Assembly: GCA_965228195.1 (NCBI GenBank)
Contig: OZ245797.1
Location: 158,718-222,717, forward strand
From: Candidatus Cloacimonadales bacterium
GTDB lineage: Bacteria; Cloacimonadota; Cloacimonadia; G963667145
DNA length: 64,000 nt
Direction: 5' to 3'
The first letter of the stretch is position 1. Every line of letters begins with the position of its first letter. Positions 1-8,634 of this stretch are shown one piece after another. Below the pieces are notes generated by a model. The model saw nothing but the letters and a program-made list of their open reading frames with translations. It was not told where the DNA came from and searched no databases. Made by a program: the position numbers and the translations under genes.

Positions 1-215
1 TTGGACAAAGCCCCGCATTAATAAGCAGCCACTGCCCACCAGCAAGACAAAGCTCCTCAATAGCCAGCGTGGCAAAATAGTCAGACACATCGGCAAAACT
101 ACTGGTTATCCTCTGTGCTTGGGTTAAACACCCTTTGCGCAAAGAAGCCACTCCCCTCACCCCAGAAAAAGGGGCTAAACTAGGAAAAAGGTGGTTATCT
201 TCGAGAATGACCAGT

Positions 216-503
216 TTAGGTCTCATACACCAAAACTTTTTTATTTTTCTCCCGCCACGCCTTGTGCTCTTGCAATATCTCCATCTGAAAAAGGGTCTTC
301 TTATCTTCATCACGGAAAGTCAAGATGTCCATCCAGTGCATCCTGCCGTCTTTTCCTTTGAAAGATTTTTGGGGAAACTCCACCTGCAACTGACCGTCTT
401 TCCTGAGGACGGAAACCTCGTTGATATACACGCCTTCACACACTTCGATGATAACCCGAGAGTCCACGACCCCGCGGGAAACATCTTTAAAAGTCATTTT
501 CAT
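216..503 (-). CDS. spoVG: SpoVG-like small regulatory/septation protein (95 aa)
   Basis: 95-aa ORF whose conserved positions align with B. subtilis SpoVG (M..T.DVR...D.R....I.....V...G.L.V..P.K...DG...DI). The stop overlaps the downstream Nif3-like start by 4 nt. Confidence 0.55.
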   Translation of the reverse strand: MKMTFKDVSRGVVDSRVIIEVCEGVYINEVSVLRKDGQLQVEFPQKSFKGKDGRMHWMDILTFRDEDKKTLFQMEILQEHKAWREKNKKVLVYET

Positions 504-1234
504 ATTACCTCTAATTTTTGTATCTTGTGCTTTGGAGGCACAAAAGTTTTTATGTTCATCTTGTTCAAAAGGTTTTGCAAAATATCGATTGCCACCTTTT
601 CGCTCCAGTAGTGTCCAACATCCAAAATCGACACTTGGCTGTCTATGATTTGATGATATTTAAAATCTGAGGAGACCAAGATGTCCGCCTTACCTTGCAA
701 AATTGGCAAGAGTGAACTTCCGTTGCCACCGCAAACTGCCACGGTTTGCACAAACTCTTGCAAAGGGTAAACCTTAGCAAAAGGCGCCCCCAGCTTATTT
801 TTGCAACTCTTGGCAAACTCAAACAAACCTTGCTTTGACACTTGCCCCAAAAGCCCTATAGGCTCACTCTGGCTGATGGGTCGCAGATTATCTAGCCCCA
901 AAAGTTTGGCTAAGGCGTAGTTTAGGCCTTTGGGAGCGATGTCCAGATTGGTGTGAGCACAGATAACGCCAATCTTCTGCTCGGCTATCTGCAAAATGGT
1001 TGGGTCGGTAACCGAGCAAAGAGGAGAGATAAAAAGAGGATGATGAGAAACTATCAGGTTAGCTCCCACTTGAGTAGCGGTCTGCAGCGCGTTTTGGTCT
1101 ATGTCCAAACACACCACGGCTTTGCTCACCTCTTGGCTTTCCCTACCTAGCAAAAGCCCAACATTGTCCCACTCTAGGGCTGTTTGCCAAGGAGCAAAAT
1201 TGTCTAACTCTCTTAAAATTTCTTCTATTCTCAT
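500..1234 (-). CDS. Nif3-family dinuclear metal-centre protein (GTP cyclohydrolase 1 type 2 homologue, YqfO/YbgI-like)
   Basis: 244-aa ORF. Its N-terminus 'NVGLLLG...VVCLDIDQ', 'LIVSHHPLF' and C-terminal 'GGNGSS...ILVSSDFKYH' match the Nif3/NGG1p-interacting fold. Confidence 0.8.
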   Translation of the reverse strand: MRIEEILRELDNFAPWQTALEWDNVGLLLGRESQEVSKAVVCLDIDQNALQTATQVGANLIVSHHPLFISPLCSVTDPTILQIAEQKIGVICAHTNLDIAPKGLNYALAKLLGLDNLRPISQSEPIGLLGQVSKQGLFEFAKSCKNKLGAPFAKVYPLQEFVQTVAVCGGNGSSLLPILQGKADILVSSDFKYHQIIDSQVSILDVGHYWSEKVAIDILQNLLNKMNIKTFVPPKHKIQKLEVI

Positions 1235-1291
1235 GCGGTTAAAAAATCGACTACTTACTTTTAGTCAATAGTTTTTGCGGGGGGATTAGCT

Positions 1292-1351
1292 CTGAGCTGA
1301 CCACATAATTGCGGCTAATCAATCAAGAGTTTATTTATGTGGTCAGCTCAG
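1292..1351. repeat. hairpin H1 (type A, extended 17-bp stem)
   Basis: 'ctgagctgaccacataa' / 'ttatgtggtcagctcag'; the loop contains 'gcggctaatca'. Confidence 0.85.
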
Positions 1352-1514
1352 AAAATAAAAATTAAGAATTAAAAATGAAAAATTTCACCGCAACCCCGCA
1401 CTTTTCAGAGCATCGTCCTACTGATGGTTTCCTGCTTCCGCTAGGAATGAGGGCGGGAGGGGAAATATGTTTTTTTCTCCTTGCGGAGATTTGGTGGTTT
1501 GGCTTTCAGCCAGA

Positions 1515-1552
1515 CCCTCTCTTTTCGTTGAGCGCTCAACGAAAAGAGAGGG
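1515..1552. repeat. 38-bp palindrome T1, perfect (similar copies T2 17213-17250, T3 20265-20302, T4 62760-62797; T4 degenerate)
   Basis: 'ccctctcttttcgttgagc|gctcaacgaaaagagaggg'. T2 and T3 each have one central mismatch (gagcgttcaac / gaacgctcaac); T4 reads 'gagcgatcaaag'. Confidence 0.85.
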
Positions 1553-1768
1553 GAGAGAAAAGAAAACCGCTCCGCTTCAACTCGCTAGAGACAGGTCGTG
1601 AGATGTCTTAAGATTACCGTGGCGGGGAGCATCTCCGAGATTTTTTCCTGACTGGCTAATCACTTTGGTCTTGCGTTTTCAACACCTTACGAGAGTGCTA
1701 AGTGTCTCTGCTCAACCGAGCAAGTGAAAACGGGTGACCCCGATGAAGCGGAGAGTGCCACCCCAAAT

Positions 1769-1818
1769 CTGACACCAAAATAGTTGCTAACCATTTTTTG
1801 CTTATATTTTGGTGTCAG
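1769..1818. repeat. hairpin H5 (type C)
   Basis: 'ctgacaccaaaata' / 'tattttggtgtcag', a perfect 14-bp stem; the 22-nt loop contains 'gctaacca'. Confidence 0.85.
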
Positions 1819-1822
1819 ATTC

Positions 1823-3001
1823 TCACCGCAGTGGATAAAACCGCTGCAGAGATTCAGCTGGTAGAAGCTTTTCCCCCAAAGGGATCTCCACCAAACCGTC
1901 CACGCCGCACAGAGCTTGCAGATGTCCCGAGTTGACGAAGTTTGCCTCCACAATCTTGTCGTCTAAAATATAGACAGGGCGGAACTCTTGCCGGTCCAAA
2001 TCGTTTTTGCGCCTCAACTCTTTCCCCATCGGCAATTGAAAAGATCTGGGTTGCGGATGCAAGCCGACCATCCTTCTCAAAAGCCTTGCCACAAAAAGGT
2101 TGAAAACAACGAAACTGGCGACAGGATTGCCGGGCAAGGCAAAGTAAGGCTTGCCTTTGACCGTAGAAAAAAAGGTTGGCTTGCCCGGTTTAAACCTGAT
2201 TTTCTGGAACTCAAACTTGGCTGCCAAACTTTGTAAAGCAGAAGGGATATAGTCGTAATCGCCCATCGAGGCTCCCCCCGAGGAGATGACCAGATCACAT
2301 TCAGCCAAAGCTTTTTCGATAGCGGCGATAGTCGCATCCAAACTATCTGCCACCACCCGATACTCTTGCGGGACTCCCCCTTGCTCTTTTATCTGAGCTG
2401 CCAACATGGGGCTGTTACTATCGAACTTCTTGCCTGGTTGCAGCTGGCAGGCGTCTGCCACCAGCTCATCACCCGTGACCAACACTCCCACTTTGGGTCG
2501 GCGATAAACCTTGAGCTTCCTTTTGCCGACCGAAGCCAAAATTGCCACATCTTGGGGAAACAGCTTGGTGTCTTTGCTCAAAATCTTGGCTCCTTTGCTC
2601 AGATACTCACCTTGATAGCAGATGTTGTTGGCAACCTCAGCAGAGCAGATGTGTAGCCTGTTTTCAACAACTTTGGCGTCTTCCACCGGCACCAGCAGGT
2701 CAAACTCTTTGGGAACCACCGCTCCGGTCATAATCTTGATGCACTCACCCTTGGCATATTTTTTTTGCAAGTCTACCCCTGCCCTCTGGACTGCTACCAC
2801 CTGAGGGTGGATATCTTGACTTTTGCACGCATAACCGTCTTTGAGCGCTTTGTCGAAAGCTGGCTCATCGCTAGGCGCAAAAAGGTCTTCTGCCAAAACT
2901 CTGGACAAAGAGTCAGCCAAAGCAACTTGCTCAATCTTCGCTTTGTCCAGATGGTAACTATCTATCAGCTGCCAAGCTTCTTGGGTTTGTATGAAGTTCA
3001 T
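1823..3001 (-). CDS. moeA: molybdopterin molybdotransferase MoeA
   Basis: 392-aa ORF with MoeA N-terminal and MoCF-biosynthesis domains ('GDYDYIP', 'ALPGNPVASFVVF'). Its stop abuts repeat hairpin H5. Confidence 0.85.
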   Translation of the reverse strand: MNFIQTQEAWQLIDSYHLDKAKIEQVALADSLSRVLAEDLFAPSDEPAFDKALKDGYACKSQDIHPQVVAVQRAGVDLQKKYAKGECIKIMTGAVVPKEFDLLVPVEDAKVVENRLHICSAEVANNICYQGEYLSKGAKILSKDTKLFPQDVAILASVGKRKLKVYRRPKVGVLVTGDELVADACQLQPGKKFDSNSPMLAAQIKEQGGVPQEYRVVADSLDATIAAIEKALAECDLVISSGGASMGDYDYIPSALQSLAAKFEFQKIRFKPGKPTFFSTVKGKPYFALPGNPVASFVVFNLFVARLLRRMVGLHPQPRSFQLPMGKELRRKNDLDRQEFRPVYILDDKIVEANFVNSGHLQALCGVDGLVEIPLGEKLLPAESLQRFYPLR

Positions 3002-3146
3002 CTTTTCTTTCTCCCCTTAAAAATCTATTTTTCTACTTTCTTAAAGCCAGTGTTCGAGATTGAATATTTTTTGCCAAGCAGAAAATGAAACTAAAAAAGG
3101 GGTTGACAGATTTTCGATATTTTTTGGTGAATAGTTCGAGAAAATT

Positions 3147-3521
3147 ATGGAAGAAGATAGAAACATCCAAATAAAATTAGCGCTTCTGGACGACGAAAAC
3201 AAGCCGTTTATGGGCATCGGTATCGTCTGGCTGATGCAGGCAGTGGCTACTCACAAATCTTTGAAGAAAGCTGCCCAAAGCATGCACCTGTCTTACTCCA
3301 AAGCCAACAAGATGGTGCGGCGCGTAGAGTCGGTAACGGGTAAAACTTTCTTGCAGAGCCACAAAGGCGGAATAGAGCGAGGTGGCAGCGTCCTCACCCC
3401 TTTTGCTAGGCATTACATCCAAGCTTACCAAAAGATGAGCCAAGATCTAAAAGCTAACTCTCAAAAATTTTTTTATCGGTTCAAAGACGAAATAGGCAAG
3501 TTTAACCAAGAAGGAAAATAA
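3147..3521 (+). CDS. ModE-like winged-helix regulator, N-terminal HTH domain only (124 aa, no Mop/TOBE domains)
   Basis: 'MGIGIVWLMQAVATHKSLKKAAQSMHLSYSKANKMVRRVE' matches the ModE N-terminal LysR-like HTH. The gene is divergent from moeA and lies directly upstream of modABC. Confidence 0.65.
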   Translation: MEEDRNIQIKLALLDDENKPFMGIGIVWLMQAVATHKSLKKAAQSMHLSYSKANKMVRRVESVTGKTFLQSHKGGIERGGSVLTPFARHYIQAYQKMSQDLKANSQKFFYRFKDEIGKFNQEGK

Positions 3522-3522
3522 G

Positions 3523-4251
3523 ATGAAAAAAATAGTTATCGGCGTTTTGCTACTAACAATCTTGGCTTGCAACGCCAAGACCCCCAAAATCAAGCTATCC
3601 AGCGCTGCCAGTTTGACCGATGTCTTGACCGCTTTGAGCCAAGAGTATGGGAAGGAAAAAAATGCCGAGTTTCAGCTCAATTTCGCCTCCAGCTCCATCT
3701 GTGCCAAGCAAATAGGAAAAGGGATGCAAGCCGATATCTTCGTCAGTGCCAACCCCAAATGGAGTCAATATCTGATCGACAAAAAGATTGTTGCCAAAGA
3801 AAACAGCAAAACTTTGCTGCACAACTCGCTGGTGGTCGTAATACCGGCTGGCTCGGAGTTGGTTATAAAAAGCTTAGCCGATTTAGACAAGTGCCAGAAG
3901 ATTGCCTGCGGCGATCTCTCCCATGTGCCGGCAGGAATCTATGCCAAAAAGAGCCTAGAGCGTGCGGGTGTCTTTACTCAATTGGAGCAAAAAATCATCG
4001 GTGCGGTAGATGTGCGAGCGGCGATGAGTATGGTAGAGTCCGGCAGCATCGACTGTGGCATAGTTTACAAGACGGACGCCTTGGTAGGCAAAAACATCGA
4101 GATAGCTTTTGAAGTTCCTGCCGAGTTTACTCCCCAAATCACTTACACCATCTCTTGCTTAACGCCCCAAGGGGAGAAGTTTTGTCAGTTTTTACAAAGC
4201 GATAAGGCAAAAACTTTTTACAAGAAATTTGGCTTCACGCCTGCCTTTTAA
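3523..4251 (+). CDS. modA: molybdate ABC transporter substrate-binding protein
   Basis: 242-aa ORF with a signal peptide and ModA-like periplasmic binding fold ('ASSLTDVL', 'DIFVSANPKW', 'YAIAAL'-type motifs); first gene of the mod operon. Confidence 0.85.
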   Translation: MKKIVIGVLLLTILACNAKTPKIKLSSAASLTDVLTALSQEYGKEKNAEFQLNFASSSICAKQIGKGMQADIFVSANPKWSQYLIDKKIVAKENSKTLLHNSLVVVIPAGSELVIKSLADLDKCQKIACGDLSHVPAGIYAKKSLERAGVFTQLEQKIIGAVDVRAAMSMVESGSIDCGIVYKTDALVGKNIEIAFEVPAEFTPQITYTISCLTPQGEKFCQFLQSDKAKTFYKKFGFTPAF

Positions 4252-4260
4252 AACAAAAAG

Positions 4261-4935
4261 ATGACCTCCATAGAATTTTTTGCCATCAAGTTCTCCATTT
4301 TGGTGGCGTGCCTTGCCACCATCATCAACTTACCTTTTGTGCTGTTGACGGCACACTTTTTAACCCGATACAAGTTCAAAGGAAAGATGCTGATCGAGGC
4401 TGTGCTTATCTTCCCCTTAGTGCTTCCTCCGCTGGTGACAGGCTATATTTTGCTTTTCATCTTTAGCCAAAACTCCATCTTGGGTAGCTTCTTGGCTCGC
4501 CTTGGCATCGGTTTCACCTTCAACTTGTCTGCGGCTGTGCTCGCCTCTTGCGTGGTCAGTTTTCCGCTGATGCTCCGCCCGATCAAACTGGCGATGTCCT
4601 CTATCGACCAAGGGTATCTGAACATCAGCCGAAGCCTTGGGCAAAGCCGCTTCAACACCTTTATCAAAGTCATCTTGCCGATGTCCAAGTCGGGGATCAT
4701 CTCCGGCTCGGTGCTTTGCTTTGCCCGTAGCATCGGTGAGTTCGGTGCCACCATAATGCTGGCAGGCAACATCCCTTTCAAGACCACCACTATCTCGATG
4801 GCCATCTTCAGCTTTTTCAACTCCGTGGATGGCGATTTTGCTTGCTTCAGGCTAGTTTTGGTCTCCATCGTCATCTCCCTTATCGCCCTTTTGATAAGCG
4901 AATATTACCAAAAAAAAGGGTTGAAAAATGCTTGA
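4261..4935 (+). CDS. modB: molybdate ABC transporter permease
   Basis: 224-aa polytopic membrane protein carrying an ABC permease EAA-like loop ('SRSLGQSRFNTFIKVILP'); it follows modA. Confidence 0.85.
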   Translation: MTSIEFFAIKFSILVACLATIINLPFVLLTAHFLTRYKFKGKMLIEAVLIFPLVLPPLVTGYILLFIFSQNSILGSFLARLGIGFTFNLSAAVLASCVVSFPLMLRPIKLAMSSIDQGYLNISRSLGQSRFNTFIKVILPMSKSGIISGSVLCFARSIGEFGATIMLAGNIPFKTTTISMAIFSFFNSVDGDFACFRLVLVSIVISLIALLISEYYQKKGLKNA

Positions 4936-5983
4936 GGTGCAGATAAAAAAGAGGGTCGGTAAGTTTGAACTCGATTTAGATTTGCGCTTCGACAAGGAGT
5001 TCACCGTGCTACTGGGCGAGTCTGGCAACGGAAAATCTTTGACGCTCTCGGCAATCGCCGGGTTCCTAACGCCCGATAAAGGCTACATCAAGCTTGACAA
5101 CCGCTTTTTGCACTGCGACAAACAAAACATCTTCTTGCCACCCGAAAAGCGCCATATCGGCTATGTGATGCAAGACTCTTACCTGTTTTCGCATCTGAAT
5201 GTCAAAAAAAATTTGCTCTTCGGTGTTAAAGATCTAGACCAGGAGCTACTGGACTCTTTGCTGAAGATATTGCAGCTGCAGCCGCTACTCTGCCGTGGCA
5301 CTTGCAACCTCTCTGGTGGTGAAAAGCAGCGCGTGGCTATTGCCAGGGCTCTACTGACCAAGCCCAAGCTCCTTTTGATGGACGAGCCTATCTCGGCGAT
5401 AGACCCTCGCCAAAAAGATAAGATCTTGATCTATCTCAAAAAAATTCACTCCGTTTTCAAGATTCCCATCCTTTATGTCACCCACAGCATCAGCGAGGCT
5501 GAGTTTTTGGCTGAGAAGATCGCCATCATCAAGTCGGGCAAGATCGTCAAATGTGACACCAAAGAAAAGATCACCTCCTCGGACGACATCTTCAAGCTCG
5601 GAAAAACTTTTATCAACTTCCTCAAAGGCTCACTGCAGCAACAAGACCCCAAAAAAGATTTTAGCATCATCAAGGTGGCAGAAAAACAGATACACATCCC
5701 CTACCTAAAGGCAAAACTGGGGACACAAATCTACCTCAGCTTGCCTGCCGACCAGATCTTGCTCAGCAAAAGTAACCTGAGTGATATCGGCTCGGTCAAT
5801 GTTTTTAGGGCGAAGGTGAAAAGGTTTGTGCGCAAATCAAAGACGAAGAAGATTTTTTTGCTCGATTGTGGCTTCGATCTGGCAGTTGAGCTTCCTCAAG
5901 ACGACCTAAACGACATCAGCCACATCAGCATCGGCGACCAACTCAAGGTCGTTTTCCGTCGAGAAGCTATAGAAATTTTTTAA
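4928..5983 (+). CDS. modC: molybdate ABC transporter ATP-binding protein with C-terminal TOBE domain
   Basis: Walker A 'GESGNGKS', signature 'LSGGEKQRVAIARAL', Walker B 'LLLMDEP'. A C-terminal TOBE-like extension follows. The start overlaps modB by 8 nt. Confidence 0.85.
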   Translation: MLEVQIKKRVGKFELDLDLRFDKEFTVLLGESGNGKSLTLSAIAGFLTPDKGYIKLDNRFLHCDKQNIFLPPEKRHIGYVMQDSYLFSHLNVKKNLLFGVKDLDQELLDSLLKILQLQPLLCRGTCNLSGGEKQRVAIARALLTKPKLLLMDEPISAIDPRQKDKILIYLKKIHSVFKIPILYVTHSISEAEFLAEKIAIIKSGKIVKCDTKEKITSSDDIFKLGKTFINFLKGSLQQQDPKKDFSIIKVAEKQIHIPYLKAKLGTQIYLSLPADQILLSKSNLSDIGSVNVFRAKVKRFVRKSKTKKIFLLDCGFDLAVELPQDDLNDISHISIGDQLKVVFRREAIEIF

Positions 5984-7196
5984 GCGCCCTGATCCTTTGC
6001 AAGACAGGAGGATGAGAGTAACTAACAAAGACGCGCAAGGGCGATGGGGTTAGGTTACTCAGGTTGCTGGACGACAACTTTTTCAGAGCCGATATAAGGT
6101 GCTGCCCTGAGCCGGTCGTAGTGGCACTATACTCGTCTGCCTCGTATTCGTAACGGCGCGAGAAGTGCGCTGCACAAATATCTTGCGCTACAGATACGGG
6201 TGTAAAAATCAGCCCAAACAAGATCATCCCAACATAGATGCTGGTGCTACTAACACCGAAATCGGCATAAAGAGAAACCTCCTTGACGAAGAAAGAAAAA
6301 AGAAACAGCACCAATCCCGTGTTCAAAAAGCTGAGCAAAAGCCCTTTTTTGATATGACCTTTCAGGCAATGCCCCACCTCGTGAGCCAAAACTGCCACTA
6401 TCTCTTGGCTACTCATTTTTTCGATCAAGGTGTCGTATAAGGCGATTCTTTTGGTCTTGCCAAGCCCGGTGAAGTAAGCGTTAGCTTTGGTTGACCTTTT
6501 GGAGCCATCGATAGAGAAAAGCCCTGATATTTTGAAGCGTTGCTTTGCCATATACTCCATAATCTTCGTTTTCAGATCACCATCCGGCAAAGGCGAAAAC
6601 TTGTTGAACAGTGGCAAGATCACCACCGGCGAGAGGAACGCTAAAAACAGCCCCAGCAAAATCATAGCTACCCAAGCGTAAAGCCAAGCCAACTGCCCCA
6701 AAGAGGCGAAGATCCAAACAGCCAAGGCAAAAACGCCTCCCAAGATCAGCAAAGAGAGCAAAGAGCTTTTCAATTTATCCAAACAAAAAGTGGCAAGAGT
6801 GGTTTTGTTAAACCCGAATTTGGCTTCGATGACAAAAGTTGAGTATAAGCTAAAAGGCAAGCTCAAAAAAGTTAGGACAAGCAAAAGCACGCCCAAGTAA
6901 ACGGCTGCCGAAAGAGCAAGAGGCAACTGCCAGCTTTTGACCCAAACATCAAGGAGTGCTACTCCACCAAGCCCGAGGAAGGTAAACATCGCCAGCAGAT
7001 CGAAGCTCTTTTTCCACAGCCCAAATTTGGTGATCACCCGCGAGTATGCTTGGCTTTTTTGATACTTAGCCTCATCAAAAACATCGGCAAACTCGGCTGG
7101 CATTGGTTTGGCCAGCCACTTAAAAGTGGAGATATCGCAAACCAAATCTAAGATGTAGTTCGCCAACAAAAGGGACAAAATCAAGTATAAATACAT
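5967..7196 (-). CDS. M48-family zinc metalloprotease (Ste24/HtpX-like) with N-terminal multi-TM domain
   Basis: HEXXH motif 'VLAHEVGHCLKGH' plus a downstream 'EYEADEYS' glutamate; N-terminal TM helices. Converges with modC and overlaps it by 17 nt. Confidence 0.75.
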   Translation of the reverse strand: MYLYLILSLLLANYILDLVCDISTFKWLAKPMPAEFADVFDEAKYQKSQAYSRVITKFGLWKKSFDLLAMFTFLGLGGVALLDVWVKSWQLPLALSAAVYLGVLLLVLTFLSLPFSLYSTFVIEAKFGFNKTTLATFCLDKLKSSLLSLLILGGVFALAVWIFASLGQLAWLYAWVAMILLGLFLAFLSPVVILPLFNKFSPLPDGDLKTKIMEYMAKQRFKISGLFSIDGSKRSTKANAYFTGLGKTKRIALYDTLIEKMSSQEIVAVLAHEVGHCLKGHIKKGLLLSFLNTGLVLFLFSFFVKEVSLYADFGVSSTSIYVGMILFGLIFTPVSVAQDICAAHFSRRYEYEADEYSATTTGSGQHLISALKKLSSSNLSNLTPSPLRVFVSYSHPPVLQRIRALKKFL

Positions 7197-7199
7197 AAT

Positions 7200-8624
7200 C
7201 TAGGCGTCCAACTTTTGTTTGAGTAACTTATTGGCTATCTGAGGGTTAACTTGTCCTTTGGACAGTTTCATCAGTTGCCCTACGAAAAAGCCAAACAGCT
7301 TCACTTTGCCAGCGCGGTAATCTTGGAGCTGGACAGGATTTTCCTCTAACACTTTGTCTACCATCGCCAAGATAGCCTCTTGTCCAGATATTTGCACCAA
7401 ACCAAGCGAGTCAACGATCTGCTTGGGGCTACGCGGATTTTTTACCAGCTCGGCAAAAACTTTTTTAGCCATCTTGGAGCTGAGCTGACCGCAAGAGACC
7501 AAATCTGCCAGCTCACCCATCATCTGAGCCGAGATAGGACACTGGCAAATATCTAGCTCCTCTTTGTTTAGATACGCCAAAAGCTCGGCTTGAATCAAGT
7601 TGGAGACGATTTTGGCATCACCGAAAGTGCAAGCTTTTTCGTAGTAGTCGGCGATATGCTCGCTATCTGCTAGCACAATCGCATCTTGACTGGTGAGACC
7701 ATACTGCTGAGTAAACCTTTTGCGCTTGGCATCGGGTAACTCCACCAGGTGTGTTTTCAAGAAGTTGATATGCTCTTGGCTGACTCTGATCAAAGGGATA
7801 TCCGGCTCGTCGAAGTAGCGATAGTCACTGCTGCCCTCTTTTATGCGCATGGTCTTCAGCTCCATGGTAACCGGGTTGAGCGTCTTGGTCGCTTGCAAAA
7901 TCTTCTCACCTTTGGCTAAGGCTTGCTTTTGGATCTCTATTTCGATCTCGATCGCCTTTTGAACATTCTTGAAGGAGTTCAAGTTCTTAATCTCCACTTT
8001 CGTACCCAAGGTTTTGGTCTTGCTAATGGAGATATTGACATCACAACGCAGCGAACCTTGCGACATATTGCCATCAGAGATCTTCAGGTAAGTGAGGATC
8101 TGCTTAAGTTTTTGCAAGTAGTTGTAAGCTTGCTCCCCCGTGTGCATATCTGGATGGGAGACGATCTCCAAAAGCGGAACGCCTGCCCGATTGAAATCGA
8201 TGTAACTCCTGTCTTGCGGCACATAAGAGGCGTCGTGCATACTCTTGGCAGTATCTTCTTCCATATGAACTCGCTCGATGCCGACTTTGGTTCCATCGTC
8301 CAAAAGCAGTGAGCCTTCAAAACAGATAGGCTTGTCGCTTTGCGAGATTTGATACCCTTTTGCCAAATCTGGGTAGAAGTAGTTTTTGCGAGCAAACTGA
8401 ATATCTTCTCTGATCTGACAGCCCAAACTGAGTCCCAAGATGATGGCGTTGTCCACCAGCTTCTTGTTTACCCTGGGCAAAGCCCCGGGCATCCCCAAAC
8501 ACACCGGACAAGTGTTAGAGTTGGGTTGTTTGCCAAACTCTGTGGAGCAACCGCAAAAAGCTTTGCTTTTGGTCAATAGCTGTGTATGAATCTCTAATCC
8601 TATGGTCGTTTTCACTTTTTTCAA
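7200..8624 (-). CDS. gatB: Asp-tRNA(Asn)/Glu-tRNA(Gln) amidotransferase subunit B
   Basis: 474-aa ORF. The N-terminus 'IGLEIHTQL...AFCGCSTEFG...NTCPVCLGMPGALP' is diagnostic of GatB; a C-terminal GatB/YqeY domain follows. Confidence 0.9.
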   Translation of the reverse strand: MKKVKTTIGLEIHTQLLTKSKAFCGCSTEFGKQPNSNTCPVCLGMPGALPRVNKKLVDNAIILGLSLGCQIREDIQFARKNYFYPDLAKGYQISQSDKPICFEGSLLLDDGTKVGIERVHMEEDTAKSMHDASYVPQDRSYIDFNRAGVPLLEIVSHPDMHTGEQAYNYLQKLKQILTYLKISDGNMSQGSLRCDVNISISKTKTLGTKVEIKNLNSFKNVQKAIEIEIEIQKQALAKGEKILQATKTLNPVTMELKTMRIKEGSSDYRYFDEPDIPLIRVSQEHINFLKTHLVELPDAKRKRFTQQYGLTSQDAIVLADSEHIADYYEKACTFGDAKIVSNLIQAELLAYLNKEELDICQCPISAQMMGELADLVSCGQLSSKMAKKVFAELVKNPRSPKQIVDSLGLVQISGQEAILAMVDKVLEENPVQLQDYRAGKVKLFGFFVGQLMKLSKGQVNPQIANKLLKQKLDA

Positions 8625-8634
8625 TTCCTTTTTG

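Larger units (their letters stand above)
1255..1870. repeat. repeat block R1: one complete hairpin-bounded unit (H1 - module P - linker - 38-bp palindrome - module S - H5)
   Basis: Between the Nif3-like start and the moeA stop. Minus-strand order: H5(C) - 'atttggggtggcactctccgcttcatcggggtcac...' (S) - palindrome - '...ccctcattcctagcggaagcaggaa.ccatcagtaggacgatgctctgaaaagtgcggggttgcggtg' (P) - AT-rich 'tttttcattttt' - H1(A). Confidence 0.85.

Noticed and set aside
1-215. Possible partial gene running off the left edge (either strand)
   Set aside because: Two different frames (one per strand) stay open for ~40 codons, but neither has recognisable motifs. This cannot be resolved from 215 nt.
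135-611. 158-aa plus-strand ORF at the window start
   Set aside because: It is antisense to, and fully overlaps, the SpoVG-like and Nif3-like genes; low-complexity composition; no RBS.
3002-3146. Moco riboswitch upstream of moeA
   Set aside because: Only 145 bp are shared with the divergent modE-like promoter. I cannot recognise the Moco-RNA conserved core by eye. Left as unverified rather than claimed.
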